A stretch of 64,000 nucleotides of DNA from an uncultured Acidobacteriota bacterium (GCA_963697835.1 CAVOPG010000002.1:2243256-2307255), one strand, 5' to 3'. Shown: positions 48,108 to 57,692, counted from the first letter of the stretch. Notes: generated from the sequence alone by a model not told the origin. Translations and numbers: made by a program.

Positions 48108-49271
48108 ATGGCGAAGGCGGAGTCTCTCGGCATCCGGCGGCTCGAGTCCGTGCACTACTACGTCCACGATCTCGAGCGCAGCCGCCGCTTCTACACCGAC
48201 GTCATGGACTTCGCCGAGATCGGCGGCAGCTCCGAGGAGCTGACGACGGCCGGCCGGCAGAAGTCGCTCGCCTTTCAGGCCGGCAACTGCGTGGTCGTCT
48301 GCATCGAGCCCCGGGGCGAGGGCGGGCGCGCCTGGCGCTGGCTGCGCAAGCACCCGGACGGCGTCGGCACGTTGAACTTCGAGGTGGAGGACGTGGAGAA
48401 GACGTTCCGGCTCCTCGAGGGGCGGGGCGGGACGCCGATCGACGACGTCCGGCGGTTCGAGGACGAGGGCGGCGACGAGATCGCCTTCTTCTCGATCACG
48501 ACGCCCTTCGGCGACACGACGTTCCGCTTCGTCGAGCGGCACGGCTACCGGCGGCTCTACCCCGGCTTCGAGCCCCACGCGACCCCCCGGGGCGGGCAGA
48601 ACCGCCTCGGCTTCGTGGGCTTCGACCACACCACGTCGAACTTCCCCACCCTCGGCCACGTCGCCCTCTGGCTCGAGCACGTGATGGGGTTCGAGCGGTT
48701 CTGGGAGATCCAGTTCCACACGAACGACGTGGACCCGGCTCACGAGCACGGCTCCGGGCTGCGCTCGCTCGTCTACCGGGACCCCGTCTCGGGAGTGAAG
48801 TTCGCGAACAACGAGCCCTGGCGTCCGAACTTCCGCGGCTCGCAGATCAACGTCTTCAACGAGGAGCTGCGGGGGGCCGGCGTCCAGCACCTCGCCATCA
48901 CGGTCAAGGACATCATCGGCTGCGTCCGGCTCCTGCGCGAGCGAGGGCTCGAGTTCATGCCGACGCCGGGGACCTACTACGACGCCCTCCCCGCGCGCTT
49001 GAAGACCCTCGGCATCGGCTCGATCGACGAGGACCTCGCGGTGCTGCGCGACCTCGAGATCCTGGTGGACGGGGACGGGCCCGGGAAGTACCTGCTGCAG
49101 ATCTTCGTGAAGGAGTCCTCGGGGATGTACCACGACGCCGGCGCGGGCCCCTTCTTCTTCGAGATCATCCAGCGGAAGGGGGACGAGGGATTCGGGGGCG
49201 GGAACTTCCGGGCGCTCTTCGAGTCGATCGAGCGCGCGCAGCAGGGGCAGCTACAGGGAGCGAAGCCCTGA
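48108..49271 (+). CDS. hppD: 4-hydroxyphenylpyruvate dioxygenase
   Basis: ATG 48108 follows CAGGAGG. Intact with two VOC domains. Motifs include GFDHTTSNFP, SGLRSLVYRDPVSGVKFANNEP, GAGVQHLAI and FFFEIIQRKGDEGFGGGNFRALFESIE. Confidence 0.9.
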   Translation: MAKAESLGIRRLESVHYYVHDLERSRRFYTDVMDFAEIGGSSEELTTAGRQKSLAFQAGNCVVVCIEPRGEGGRAWRWLRKHPDGVGTLNFEVEDVEKTFRLLEGRGGTPIDDVRRFEDEGGDEIAFFSITTPFGDTTFRFVERHGYRRLYPGFEPHATPRGGQNRLGFVGFDHTTSNFPTLGHVALWLEHVMGFERFWEIQFHTNDVDPAHEHGSGLRSLVYRDPVSGVKFANNEPWRPNFRGSQINVFNEELRGAGVQHLAITVKDIIGCVRLLRERGLEFMPTPGTYYDALPARLKTLGIGSIDEDLAVLRDLEILVDGDGPGKYLLQIFVKESSGMYHDAGAGPFFFEIIQRKGDEGFGGGNFRALFESIERAQQGQLQGAKP

Positions 49272-49281
49272 GCCGCCTACA

Positions 49282-51447
49282 ATGAATGCCCTCCGCCGCG
49301 GCGTGACGACCCGGCGGTCCACGGAGGTCCACGACTTGCAGAGCCGAACGCGATTCCTGTCGCTTTCCGCCGCGCTAGCGGCTGCCCCCGCGCTGGCGCA
49401 GGTGCCCGCCCCGACGCCCTCGCCTGCTCCGACCCCGACCGCCGTCGCCGAGTACGTCGAGGTGACCGCCACCCGCGTCCGGAAGGAGACGATCGACGTC
49501 CCCGCCTCGATGACCGTCTTGACCTCGCAGGAGCTGCGGGACATGGGAGCGACGGACCTCCCGACCGCCCTGAGCCTCGCCGCGGGCGTCGACATGGCCC
49601 CCGGGGGCGACGCCGGCCCCGCCGCCTCCGTCCCCGAGATCTGGGGACTGCGCGAGTTCGACTCCGTACTCTTCGTCGTGGACGGCGTGCCGAGGACGGG
49701 CGCGTTCATCCCCGACTTCGAGTCGATCGACCTCGCGGACGTGGAGCGCATCGAGGTGCTGCGGGGGGCGGCACCCGTAACGTTCGGCGCCACCTCGTTC
49801 AACGGCGTGATCCACGTCCTGCGGCGCGACGCCGAGGCGGCCCGGGGCCGCGTCGCGGCCTTCGGCGGAAGCGAGGGCAGCGGGGGCGGCCGCGTCGAGG
49901 CCGACCTGCCGGCCTGGGGCCGGCTCCAGTCGTCGCTCGCCCTCGACGGGGCGCGCCAGGGCTTTCGCGACCCGCGCACGTCGTGGGGGCGCGGCCACGT
50001 CCTCTGGCGCGGCCGCCTGCCCGCCGGCGGGGGTTCGCTTCGCTTCGACGTGGACGGCGTGTGGCTCGACCAGTCCCCCGGGAGCCCTCACCCGCGCGAG
50101 GGGACGACGCTCTCAGCCCTCGTCCCGCTCGACGCCAACCACAACCCCGAGGGCGCGTTCCTCGACGAGAGACGGCTGCAGGTCGGCGCGGGCTACGAGC
50201 GGCCCACCGCGGGCGCTCTCTGGTCGACGCGCCTGGCGTTCGCCGGGACGCGCGGCCACGACCTGCGCGGCTTCCTGAGCGAGCTGGCCGACGTGCCGGA
50301 CAACGCCACCGGCTACCGCCGCGACCTCGACCTGAACGAGGTGTACCTCGACAGCCACCTCGCGTGGTCGGGCCGGCTGGAGGCGGTGGCCGGCGTCGAC
50401 TGGATCCACGGGAGCGGCGAGGCGACGGGCGGTACCTTCGACTACACGGTCGGGCTCGACGGCTCGGGCGCGCCCGAGGGCGGCGGCCTCATGCCCGACG
50501 CCAGCACCCGGATCGAGAGCCGCCGGGACTTCGCGGGAGCCTACGGCCTCCTCGCCTTCCGGCCGTTCCCCACCCTCCGTCTCGAGGGAGGGCTGCGGCT
50601 CAACGTGACCGCGGAGGCGCGCGAGGCCGGCCGCGGCGCGGAGCCGGCCGGGGATGAGGGCGACAACGAGCGCGCCGACGTGCGCCCGAGCGGAAGCCTG
50701 GGCGCCGTCCTCACCGCATGGTCGCGGGAGAAGGACACCGTGCGCCTGTACGCGAGCTACCGGAGCACGTTCAAGCCCGCGGTCTTCGACTTCGGCGTGG
50801 GCGACGCGGAAGGCGAGGAGGGCGAGAGGCTCCTCGAGCCCGAGACCGCGAACAGCGTCGACGGGGGCGTGAAGGGGCGCTTCGCCGGCGGACGCCTCGA
50901 CGTCGAGCTGAGCGCGTTCCGGATGGACTTCGACAACCTCGTGGTGGCGCGGACGGTGAACGGCCTCCCCGGCCTCGAGAACGCCGGCCAGAGCCGGTTC
51001 AAGGGGGTCGAGGCGCAGGCGGCCTGGCGCGTGCGGAGAGGGCTTTCGCTGCGTGGCGCCTGGAGCTGGCACGACGCGCGCTTCCGCGACTACGTGGCCG
51101 AGTTCGACGGCGTCCCCACCCAGCTCGCCGGCAAGCGGCTCGAGATGTCCCCGAGCCACATCGCGAGCGCCGGGCTCCAGTGGGCGGCCGAGCGGGGCCC
51201 CCTCGCGTCGCTCACGGTGCGCTACGTCGGCGAGCGCTACCTGAACAAGCGGAACACCGCCCTTGCCGACGCCTACACGACGCTCGACGCCGCTCTCGGC
51301 TGGCGGGCCGGCCGCTACGAAGCGCGCCTCGACGGCCACAACGTGACCGACGAGCGCCCGCCGGTCGCGGAGAGCGAGCTCGGCGACGCCCAGTACTACC
51401 GGCTTCCGTCCCGGCAGCTGCGGCTCTCCGCCTCGGTGCGCTTCTGA
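49282..51447 (+). CDS. TonB-dependent outer-membrane receptor
   Basis: Intact. Plug motifs include EYVEVTATR, IDVPASMTVLTSQEL, VVDGVP and IERIEVLRGAAPVTFGATSFNGVIHV. The beta-barrel ends ...LSASVRF. A TTG at 49336 preceded by GGAGG gives MQSRTRFLSLSAALAAAPALAQ and may be the real start. No N-terminal signalling (STN) extension is visible. Confidence 0.85.
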   Translation: MNALRRGVTTRRSTEVHDLQSRTRFLSLSAALAAAPALAQVPAPTPSPAPTPTAVAEYVEVTATRVRKETIDVPASMTVLTSQELRDMGATDLPTALSLAAGVDMAPGGDAGPAASVPEIWGLREFDSVLFVVDGVPRTGAFIPDFESIDLADVERIEVLRGAAPVTFGATSFNGVIHVLRRDAEAARGRVAAFGGSEGSGGGRVEADLPAWGRLQSSLALDGARQGFRDPRTSWGRGHVLWRGRLPAGGGSLRFDVDGVWLDQSPGSPHPREGTTLSALVPLDANHNPEGAFLDERRLQVGAGYERPTAGALWSTRLAFAGTRGHDLRGFLSELADVPDNATGYRRDLDLNEVYLDSHLAWSGRLEAVAGVDWIHGSGEATGGTFDYTVGLDGSGAPEGGGLMPDASTRIESRRDFAGAYGLLAFRPFPTLRLEGGLRLNVTAEAREAGRGAEPAGDEGDNERADVRPSGSLGAVLTAWSREKDTVRLYASYRSTFKPAVFDFGVGDAEGEEGERLLEPETANSVDGGVKGRFAGGRLDVELSAFRMDFDNLVVARTVNGLPGLENAGQSRFKGVEAQAAWRVRRGLSLRGAWSWHDARFRDYVAEFDGVPTQLAGKRLEMSPSHIASAGLQWAAERGPLASLTVRYVGERYLNKRNTALADAYTTLDAALGWRAGRYEARLDGHNVTDERPPVAESELGDAQYYRLPSRQLRLSASVRF

Positions 51448-51733
51448 GCGGCCGGCCCGGCAAGGGGCCTGGCACGCCCATGCGTCTTGCTAACGTTCCG
51501 GCCGTCGTGCGCGTCCTGTCTCCGTGAAGGCGCTTTCGGCAAGTGAACTTGTCAGCCCGAGGAGCTCCATTCCTACCGTGCGACGAGGGGTCCACCGTCG
51601 GGCCGGCGGATCCCTCCTCGCTCGGCTTCACGAATCTCGTCGGGATGACAACGACAGGTCATTGCTCAAGGCGACCGGCGTTCCGCCGGTCGTGACTCGG
51701 GAGGAGCGGGTGGGTGTCGGTTTCAGCCCGGCG

Positions 51734-52279
51734 ATGGACGGCCTTGTGCCAACGGACGGCGATCGCGCCCCCTCGCTCGAGGCCCGGCTCGTGGCCGCCG
51801 CCCGGGACGGAGACCGGGCCGCGTTCGGCCGGCTGTACGACCGCTTCGCCCCGATGGTGCACGGCGTCCTCCTCGCGCGGGTGCCGCGGGCGGACGTGGA
51901 CGACCTCGTCCAGGACGCGTTCCTGCAGGCGATGAGGCGCCTGGGCTCGCTGCAGAGCGCCGAGGCTTTCGGCCCCTGGCTGGCCACGATCGCGAGGAAC
52001 CGCGCGCGCGACCACTGGCGCCGGGGTGAGGACACGGTCGAGCTGCCGGACGACGTGCCGGGAAGGCCGCACCCCGAAGGCGAGGCGATGACGGTGCTCG
52101 CGGCGATCCGGCGGCTGCCGGAGGCGTACCGCGAGACGCTGGTGCTGCGCCTCGTGGAAGGCATGACGGGCCCCGAGATTGCCGAGCGCACGGGGCTCAC
52201 GCCCGGGTCCGTCCGGGTGAACCTGCACCGCGGCATCAAGATGCTGCGCGAGGCGCTCGGCAGGAGCGACAGGCCGTGA
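51734..52279 (+). CDS. ECF-type RNA polymerase sigma-70 factor
   Basis: Region 2 reads FGRLYDRFAPMVHGVLLARVPRADVDDLVQDAFLQAMR...WLATIARNRARDHWRR. Region 4 reads LPEAYRETLVLRLVEGMTGPEIAERTGLTPGSVRVNLHRG. The start is uncertain (ATG 51734, or GTG 51710 after GGGAGGAG). Confidence 0.85.
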   Translation: MDGLVPTDGDRAPSLEARLVAAARDGDRAAFGRLYDRFAPMVHGVLLARVPRADVDDLVQDAFLQAMRRLGSLQSAEAFGPWLATIARNRARDHWRRGEDTVELPDDVPGRPHPEGEAMTVLAAIRRLPEAYRETLVLRLVEGMTGPEIAERTGLTPGSVRVNLHRGIKMLREALGRSDRP

Positions 52280-53319
52280 GCGGCGACTACCTGTGGGACG
52301 GCGAGGGCCCGCCCGACCCCGAGATCCAACGGCTCGAGGCGACGCTCGCCCCGCTGCGCGGGACGAGGCCGGCGCCGGAGCTCTCTCCGCGGCGGCCACC
52401 GCCGGCCTTCTCGTTCCACGGCTGGCGCGCGCTGGCTGCGGCCGCGGCCGTGGTCCTCGCCCTGGCCGCGGTGATCACGCGAGCCCGCCCCCCCGTACCG
52501 GTCGCGGGCTGGCCCCTCGCCTGGCTCGAGGGCGCGTCCTGGCCGGAGGCGCGCGTCGTGCGGCAGACCCGCCTGGGCGTCGGGGAGTGGATCGACACTC
52601 GCGAGGGCCGGGCGCGGCTCTCGGTCGGCGAGATCGGGGAGGTGGAGCTGGAGCCGGCCACGCGCGTTTGGCTGGTCGACGCCGGCGACCGCTCGCACCG
52701 CCTCTCCCTCGCTCGCGGCACGATGCACGCGATGATCTGGGCGCCCCCGGGGCAGTTCCTCGTGGACGCGCCGTCGGCGGTGGCCGTGGACCTCGGCTGC
52801 CGCTACACGCTCGAGGTGGCCGACGACGGCTCCGGACTCCTGCGGGTCGAGGCGGGCTGGGTGGGTTTCGAGAACCGCGGGCTGCAATCGCTCGTGCCCG
52901 CCGGCGCGGCGTGCGCCACCCGGCGCGGCGTCGGGCCGGGCACCCCGTACTTCGAGACCGCGCCCGAGGCGCTGCGCCGGGAGCTCGCCGTGATCGACTT
53001 CGACGCCGACACCAGCGCGAGCCGCGCCGCCCTCGGGACCGTGCTCGGCGCGGCCCGCGAGCGCGACGCTCTCTCGCTCTGGCACCTCCTCTCGCGTCTC
53101 GACGGCAACGAGCGCGGACGCGTGCACGACCGGCTCGCCGTGCTCGTGCCCCCGCCCGGCGAGGTGACGCGCGAGGGCATCCTGGCCGGCGACCGGGCGA
53201 TGCGGGACGCGTGGTGGGACGAGCTGGGCCTCGGCTCGGCCGACTTCTGGCGGGACTGGACGGCCCATTGGAGCGACCCGAAGAGTGGCGGATCAGGAGC
53301 CGGCCGACCCGCCCGCTAA
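52276..53319 (+). CDS. Anti-sigma factor, FecR-domain, single-pass membrane protein
   Basis: The GTG start overlaps the sigma-factor stop (GTGA). The TM segment is WRALAAAAAVVLALAAVI. The periplasmic part has FecR-like strands (SVGEIGEVELEPATRVWL...SLARGTMHAMI). Confidence 0.7.
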   Translation: MSGDYLWDGEGPPDPEIQRLEATLAPLRGTRPAPELSPRRPPPAFSFHGWRALAAAAAVVLALAAVITRARPPVPVAGWPLAWLEGASWPEARVVRQTRLGVGEWIDTREGRARLSVGEIGEVELEPATRVWLVDAGDRSHRLSLARGTMHAMIWAPPGQFLVDAPSAVAVDLGCRYTLEVADDGSGLLRVEAGWVGFENRGLQSLVPAGAACATRRGVGPGTPYFETAPEALRRELAVIDFDADTSASRAALGTVLGAARERDALSLWHLLSRLDGNERGRVHDRLAVLVPPPGEVTREGILAGDRAMRDAWWDELGLGSADFWRDWTAHWSDPKSGGSGAGRPAR

Positions 53320-53376
53320 CGCGGAGGCGCGAGGGGGCGTCTTCCTCCACGAACGCACATTCCCTGGAGGTTGACG

Positions 53377-54048
53377 ATGCCCAGCCGACTCGGCCGCACC
53401 CTCGTCCTGTCCCTGCTCGCCCTGTTCCCCGCCGCCGCGCAGGCGGGTCCGCCCCTCGTCTGCTTCCCCATGTCGATCGGCGAGGCCCGCTCCCTCGCCT
53501 GGGGCTCCGGGAGCGGGTGGAATACACCGCGCCCCGATTACGATCGCGCGCGGCTCGCCGAGGACACGCTCGCCCTCCTCGGCCAGGAGACGGCGGTGCT
53601 CGTCCGCATGGAGACGCTGCGGCGGGCGGCGATCTACGCATCCAGCGACCCCGCCACCGCGAAGCGGCTCTTCGACGCGCTGCGCGGCCGGGTCGTTCCC
53701 GCGAGCGGCGGGAAGGCCGATCCGCTGGCGCAGTTCGACCTCGGCTATGCGGTGGAGGCGTACCGCCAGGCGCGGCCCCTGCGGGGCAGCGTCATCGCCA
53801 CCGAGCCTTCGGAGGACGGCTACGCGCTCGTGCGCCAGGCGCTCGCGGCCCGCGGCCCGGACGCGGAGATGCAGTACGCGGCGGCGCTCATCACCTGCGA
53901 CCGCGACCGACGCACCCTCTCCGACAAGCACCTGCAGGCGGCCCTCGCCGGCACCCGAGACGGTTCGAACCTCTCGCGCACCCTCGCCGCGCACCAGCCG
54001 CTCTGGGGCGATCGCATCCAGGGCTTCCGAGCCGCGGCGGCGCGCTGA
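53377..54048 (+). CDS. Secreted hypothetical protein downstream of the sigma/anti-sigma pair
   Basis: ATG 53377 follows CTGGAGG. The signal peptide is MPSRLGRTLVLSLLALFPAAAQA. No family recognised. Confidence 0.5.
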   Translation: MPSRLGRTLVLSLLALFPAAAQAGPPLVCFPMSIGEARSLAWGSGSGWNTPRPDYDRARLAEDTLALLGQETAVLVRMETLRRAAIYASSDPATAKRLFDALRGRVVPASGGKADPLAQFDLGYAVEAYRQARPLRGSVIATEPSEDGYALVRQALAARGPDAEMQYAAALITCDRDRRTLSDKHLQAALAGTRDGSNLSRTLAAHQPLWGDRIQGFRAAAAR

Positions 54049-54057
54049 CGTCCCCCC

Positions 54058-55044
54058 TTACCAGCTCGGGTGAACCAGCGGGCGCAGCCGCTCGTCGTAG
54101 ACGGCCTTCACCGCCGCCATCGTTGCCGGTGAGAGCGGCGGCAGGTCCGCGGCGGCGGCGTTGTCGCGGGCCTGCGCGGGCGTCCTCGCCCCCGGGATCG
54201 CGCAGCTCACCGCCTCGAACATGAGCGTCCACCGGAGCGCGAGCTGGCTCAGGGTCGTGCCGTCGGGGACGAGCGGGCGCAGGCGCTCGACGGCCTCGAG
54301 CCCGACTTCGTACGGCACGCCCGAGAACGTCTCGCCCTTGTCGAACGCCTCGCCGTCGCGGTTGAAGCTGCGGTGGTCGTCTCGCGAGAACGCCGAGGCC
54401 TTCGTCAGCTTGCCGGTCAGCATTCCGCTCGCGAGCGGCACCCGGGCCAGGATCCCCGCGTGCCGGTGCAACGCCTCGGCGAAGAGCTTCTCGGCGGGCT
54501 TCAGGCGGAACATGTTGAAGATGATCTGCACGGTCTGGACCCGGGGATGGCGGAGCGCGCGGTGGGCTTCCTCCACGGTCTCGACGCTGACGCCGTAGTA
54601 GCGGATCTTCCCCTCTTGCACCAGGTCGTCGAGCAGGCCGAAGACCTCCGGCCTGTCGTACACCGCGGGGTGGGGGCAGTGGAGCTGCAGGAGGTCCACT
54701 GCCTCCATCTCGAGGTTCTTCAGGCTGCGATCCAGCCAGGCGTTCAGGTTCGCGCGGCCGTAGCCCTCGGGCGTCTGCTTCGGCAGGCGTCGCCCCGCCT
54801 TGGTGGCGACGAAGATCGTCTCGCCCTTCCGCTCGCGACGGAGGCGCGCCACGAGCCGCTCGCTGCGCCCGTCCCCGTAGACGTCGGCGGTGTCGACGAA
54901 GTTGGTGCCGGCGTCGACGGCGGCGTGCAGCGCGCGCATCGACTCCTCGTCGTCCACCGGGCCCCAGGTGCCGCCGATCGCCCAGGCCCCGAAGCTGATC
55001 GCCGAAACCTTCATGTCCGTCTTCCCGAGCTGTCGGTATTCCAT
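54058..55044 (-). CDS. Aldo/keto reductase
   Basis: ATG 55044 follows GGAGG. MEYRQLGKTDMKVSAISFGAWAIGG, FVDTADVYGDGRSE, AVDLLQLH and IRYYGVS. Confidence 0.9.
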   Translation of the reverse strand: MEYRQLGKTDMKVSAISFGAWAIGGTWGPVDDEESMRALHAAVDAGTNFVDTADVYGDGRSERLVARLRRERKGETIFVATKAGRRLPKQTPEGYGRANLNAWLDRSLKNLEMEAVDLLQLHCPHPAVYDRPEVFGLLDDLVQEGKIRYYGVSVETVEEAHRALRHPRVQTVQIIFNMFRLKPAEKLFAEALHRHAGILARVPLASGMLTGKLTKASAFSRDDHRSFNRDGEAFDKGETFSGVPYEVGLEAVERLRPLVPDGTTLSQLALRWTLMFEAVSCAIPGARTPAQARDNAAAADLPPLSPATMAAVKAVYDERLRPLVHPSW

Positions 55045-55088
55045 GGCGTCTCGCCTCCGCGGAGCCGGGGGCCCCGACGCCGCCGATT

Positions 55089-56741
55089 CTAGCGACGAAC
55101 GGGCGAGCCTGGCGCGCGCCGGTACCACGGGAGCCGGTCGAGCGGGGCGCTCACTTCCACCGACGTCGGGCCGGTGACGACGCTGCCGTCGTCCCCCTGC
55201 CAGCGCCCGGGCGGGACCACGACGCGGCGCTTCCGCGCCCCCTTCTCCACCACCGGGGCCACCAGGATGTCGGGGCCCAGCAGGAACTGGTCGCCGACGT
55301 CGGCGTAGCCCATGTGCGGGTACGCGTACTCCAGGGATCGGACGATCGGCTCTCCGGTCTTCGCCGACTCCCGGGCGAGGGCCAGGATCTCCGCCCCTCT
55401 CTCGGTGTGCAGGGCCGCCATGCGCCGGCAGATCGCGAGGTTGTCCTGGCCCAGCACTCTCCACGGGGCCACCGAGAACTGCATCATGGGCATCAGGGCG
55501 TGGACCTCGGCCGCGCGGACGATGAGCTCCTGGTCGATCGCGGACAGGTTCCGGAAGGACAGGTATTCCCCGCCCCCGATCATGTCGGGACAGGCGAACG
55601 GGTACCCCATGAGCCCCAGGTTCACGATGCCGGGGACGAGCTTCCGCAGGTCTTCCCAGGTGTGCTCCTTGTCCCGCAGGCGCTGGGCGAGCGGCTGCCC
55701 GCCCGCCTTCCAGCACGCGCGGTACTCGTTGAGCGGGTAGCGGAGCCCCAGCTGGGCGAAGGCCTCCGTGTGGCGGTTCGGGGTGGCGGCGGCGTCGAAG
55801 GCGACGGCGCCGGTGAGCATCGCCCCGGCACTGAAGAGCTCCGCGTCGCCGCCGTCGAGCTTGAAGCCGTCGACGCCGTACGCGTCGACGAGGCGGTCGA
55901 ACTGCGCGAGGAGCCAGCCCCGGCCGTGGGGGTTCGTGAGGTCGGTGACGGCGCTGAAGCCGTCCCACCAGCGCACGAGGGCCGGAAGGCGGGGGTCCGC
56001 CTTGCTGCGGAGCCAGACGACGCTGGACTCGTCGTGGAGGAGCTCCGTGAACTGCTTCCCGTCGGGCTGGATGTACGGGCAGACCCACACCATGACCTTG
56101 AAGCCCATCCGGTGGAGCTCCGCGATCATCTCCTTCGGGTCGGGGAAGCGGCCGCGGTGGAAGTCCCAGACGCCGTAGCCCTCCGCCCAGCCCTCGTCGA
56201 TCATCAGGACCGCCGGGGGAAAGCCGTTCGCGACGATGCCCCGGGCGTAGGCGAGGACGTCCCGCTGGTTCTGGTCGTAGGTGAGCTCGATCCAGGTGTT
56301 GAACTGCGGGTGCGTGAAGAGCATCGGGTCTGGGATCTTCCCCGACGCGGGAAAGAAGGTCCGGCCGGCGTGGAGGGCTGCTTCCCGCAGCGTCCTGCCG
56401 TGTCGACCGGCCTCTACCGGGCCGAGGTCCGAGATCACCTGGATCCGGCCGTCGCGGGACGCGAGCCGGAACGGCTCCTCGGACCAGACGTAGCGGCCGT
56501 CGGTCGACAGCAGGAGCGGCTGCACCTGGTTGCCCGCGGTGTTGCCGAGGAGGTCGATCTCGAAGGGGGCGCTGGAGCGGCCGAGGGGCATCCGGTGCGA
56601 CTCGCTGACGACGCCTACCCACCACCTCTCGTCGTCCCCGACCGCGATCTCGAGCGACTGGCTCTTCTCGGCGCCGCGGACGGGTGGCCGGACCATCCCG
56701 GCGGCGAGGAACGCGAGGACGAGGGCGGCGCGCCGGCGCAT
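55089..56741 (-). CDS. Glycoside hydrolase family 31-like protein, secreted
   Basis: ATG 56741. The signal peptide is MRRRAALVLAFLAAGMV. Motifs include FNTWIELTYDQNQ, VLMIDEGWAEGYGVWDF, MGFKVMVWVCPYI, GVDGFKLDGGDAE and PWRV. Confidence 0.8.
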   Translation of the reverse strand: MRRRAALVLAFLAAGMVRPPVRGAEKSQSLEIAVGDDERWWVGVVSESHRMPLGRSSAPFEIDLLGNTAGNQVQPLLLSTDGRYVWSEEPFRLASRDGRIQVISDLGPVEAGRHGRTLREAALHAGRTFFPASGKIPDPMLFTHPQFNTWIELTYDQNQRDVLAYARGIVANGFPPAVLMIDEGWAEGYGVWDFHRGRFPDPKEMIAELHRMGFKVMVWVCPYIQPDGKQFTELLHDESSVVWLRSKADPRLPALVRWWDGFSAVTDLTNPHGRGWLLAQFDRLVDAYGVDGFKLDGGDAELFSAGAMLTGAVAFDAAATPNRHTEAFAQLGLRYPLNEYRACWKAGGQPLAQRLRDKEHTWEDLRKLVPGIVNLGLMGYPFACPDMIGGGEYLSFRNLSAIDQELIVRAAEVHALMPMMQFSVAPWRVLGQDNLAICRRMAALHTERGAEILALARESAKTGEPIVRSLEYAYPHMGYADVGDQFLLGPDILVAPVVEKGARKRRVVVPPGRWQGDDGSVVTGPTSVEVSAPLDRLPWYRRAPGSPVRR

Positions 56742-56749
56742 GGTCGGTC

Positions 56750-57607
56750 TCACTGGTAGCGGCACGAAGCCTGGTCGGCCTCCTCGTAGTACGACCGGTA
56801 GTTCTTCGCCTTCTTGTCCGTGCAGCCGACGAGGTTCAGCAGCTCCACCTTCCGGAACTCGACCGGGTGGCTCTCGGCCTGGAGCGAGATCGAGCCGCCG
56901 GTGAGCAGCTGGCCGTCCTTCTTCACCGCCGGGTCGTGGTTCAGGACGTTGCCGCCGCCGATCTGCGGCTTCTCGTACGCGAGCACGGTCTCGCCGTTCA
57001 CCTTGTGGGTGATCGCGCCGCCGCCGTGGACCTCGACCTCGACGCGAACCCACTGGTCCCCGTCGAACGTCTTCGAGGTCGAGTTGACGCAGTGCTGCGT
57101 CTCCAGCTTCCCGTTCATCACCACGTTCGTCCCCGGCGTGCAGACGTTCGCGGTCGGGCGGGGCTTGCCGTCGCCCCGTCCGCCGAGGAGCTGCACCTCG
57201 ATCGAGATCGGGAAGTCCTGGTCCTTCCTCATCGTCTCGACCGGCTGGCCGTGGATCATGATCCCGCTGTTGCGGAAGCCCCAGTCCGGGCCGCCTTTCG
57301 TCTGCTCGCCCGTGAAGCGGTACTCGACCGCGATCACGTAGTGCGAGAAGGGCGTCCGGTAGAAGAGGTGGCCGAAGCGGTTGCCGAAGGTGTCGTACCG
57401 GTCGTAGGCGACCTTCGGAGCACGCCGTCTTCGACCCGGAACGTGTTGCCGAAGTTCTCCCCCGACCTCGTAGCCGGTGATCTTCGGCACCCAGCCGTCG
57501 AGATTCTTCCCGTTGAAGAGCGGGATCCACTCCTTCCGGTCCGGGTCTTCCGAGAAGGCGAGGGCGGGGGCGAGGAGCAGCAGCAGGACGAGAGCGTGTC
57601 GCTTCAT
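56750..57607 (-). CDS. DUF1080 (3-keto-disaccharide hydrolase-like) protein with an internal compensated frameshift
   Basis: Signal peptide, WIPLFNGKNLDGWVPKITGYEVG and ...SISLQAESHPVEFRKVELL. Residues GELRQHVPGRRRRAPK are out of character. Shifting the frame across 57421-57475 gives ENFGNTFRVEDGVL, which fits the family. Confidence 0.8.
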   Translation of the reverse strand: MKRHALVLLLLLAPALAFSEDPDRKEWIPLFNGKNLDGWVPKITGYEVGGELRQHVPGRRRRAPKVAYDRYDTFGNRFGHLFYRTPFSHYVIAVEYRFTGEQTKGGPDWGFRNSGIMIHGQPVETMRKDQDFPISIEVQLLGGRGDGKPRPTANVCTPGTNVVMNGKLETQHCVNSTSKTFDGDQWVRVEVEVHGGGAITHKVNGETVLAYEKPQIGGGNVLNHDPAVKKDGQLLTGGSISLQAESHPVEFRKVELLNLVGCTDKKAKNYRSYYEEADQASCRYQ

Positions 57608-57692
57608 GCGGGCAAGCGTACCGCATGTCCAGCGGTTGGGAGCGGAGGCGCCGGCTCGTCCCGGGCCGAACGCGCGGTGGTCGGGCGAGGAA

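Noticed and set aside
51448-51733. ECF-type autoregulated promoter (GGAAC-N16/17-CGT) or a small ORF (51524..) upstream of the sigma-factor gene.
   Set aside because: I found no acceptable GGAAC/CGT pair at proper spacing. The upstream part of ORF 51524..52279 has poor codon bias and no signal or motif, so I start the sigma gene at 51734 (or 51710).
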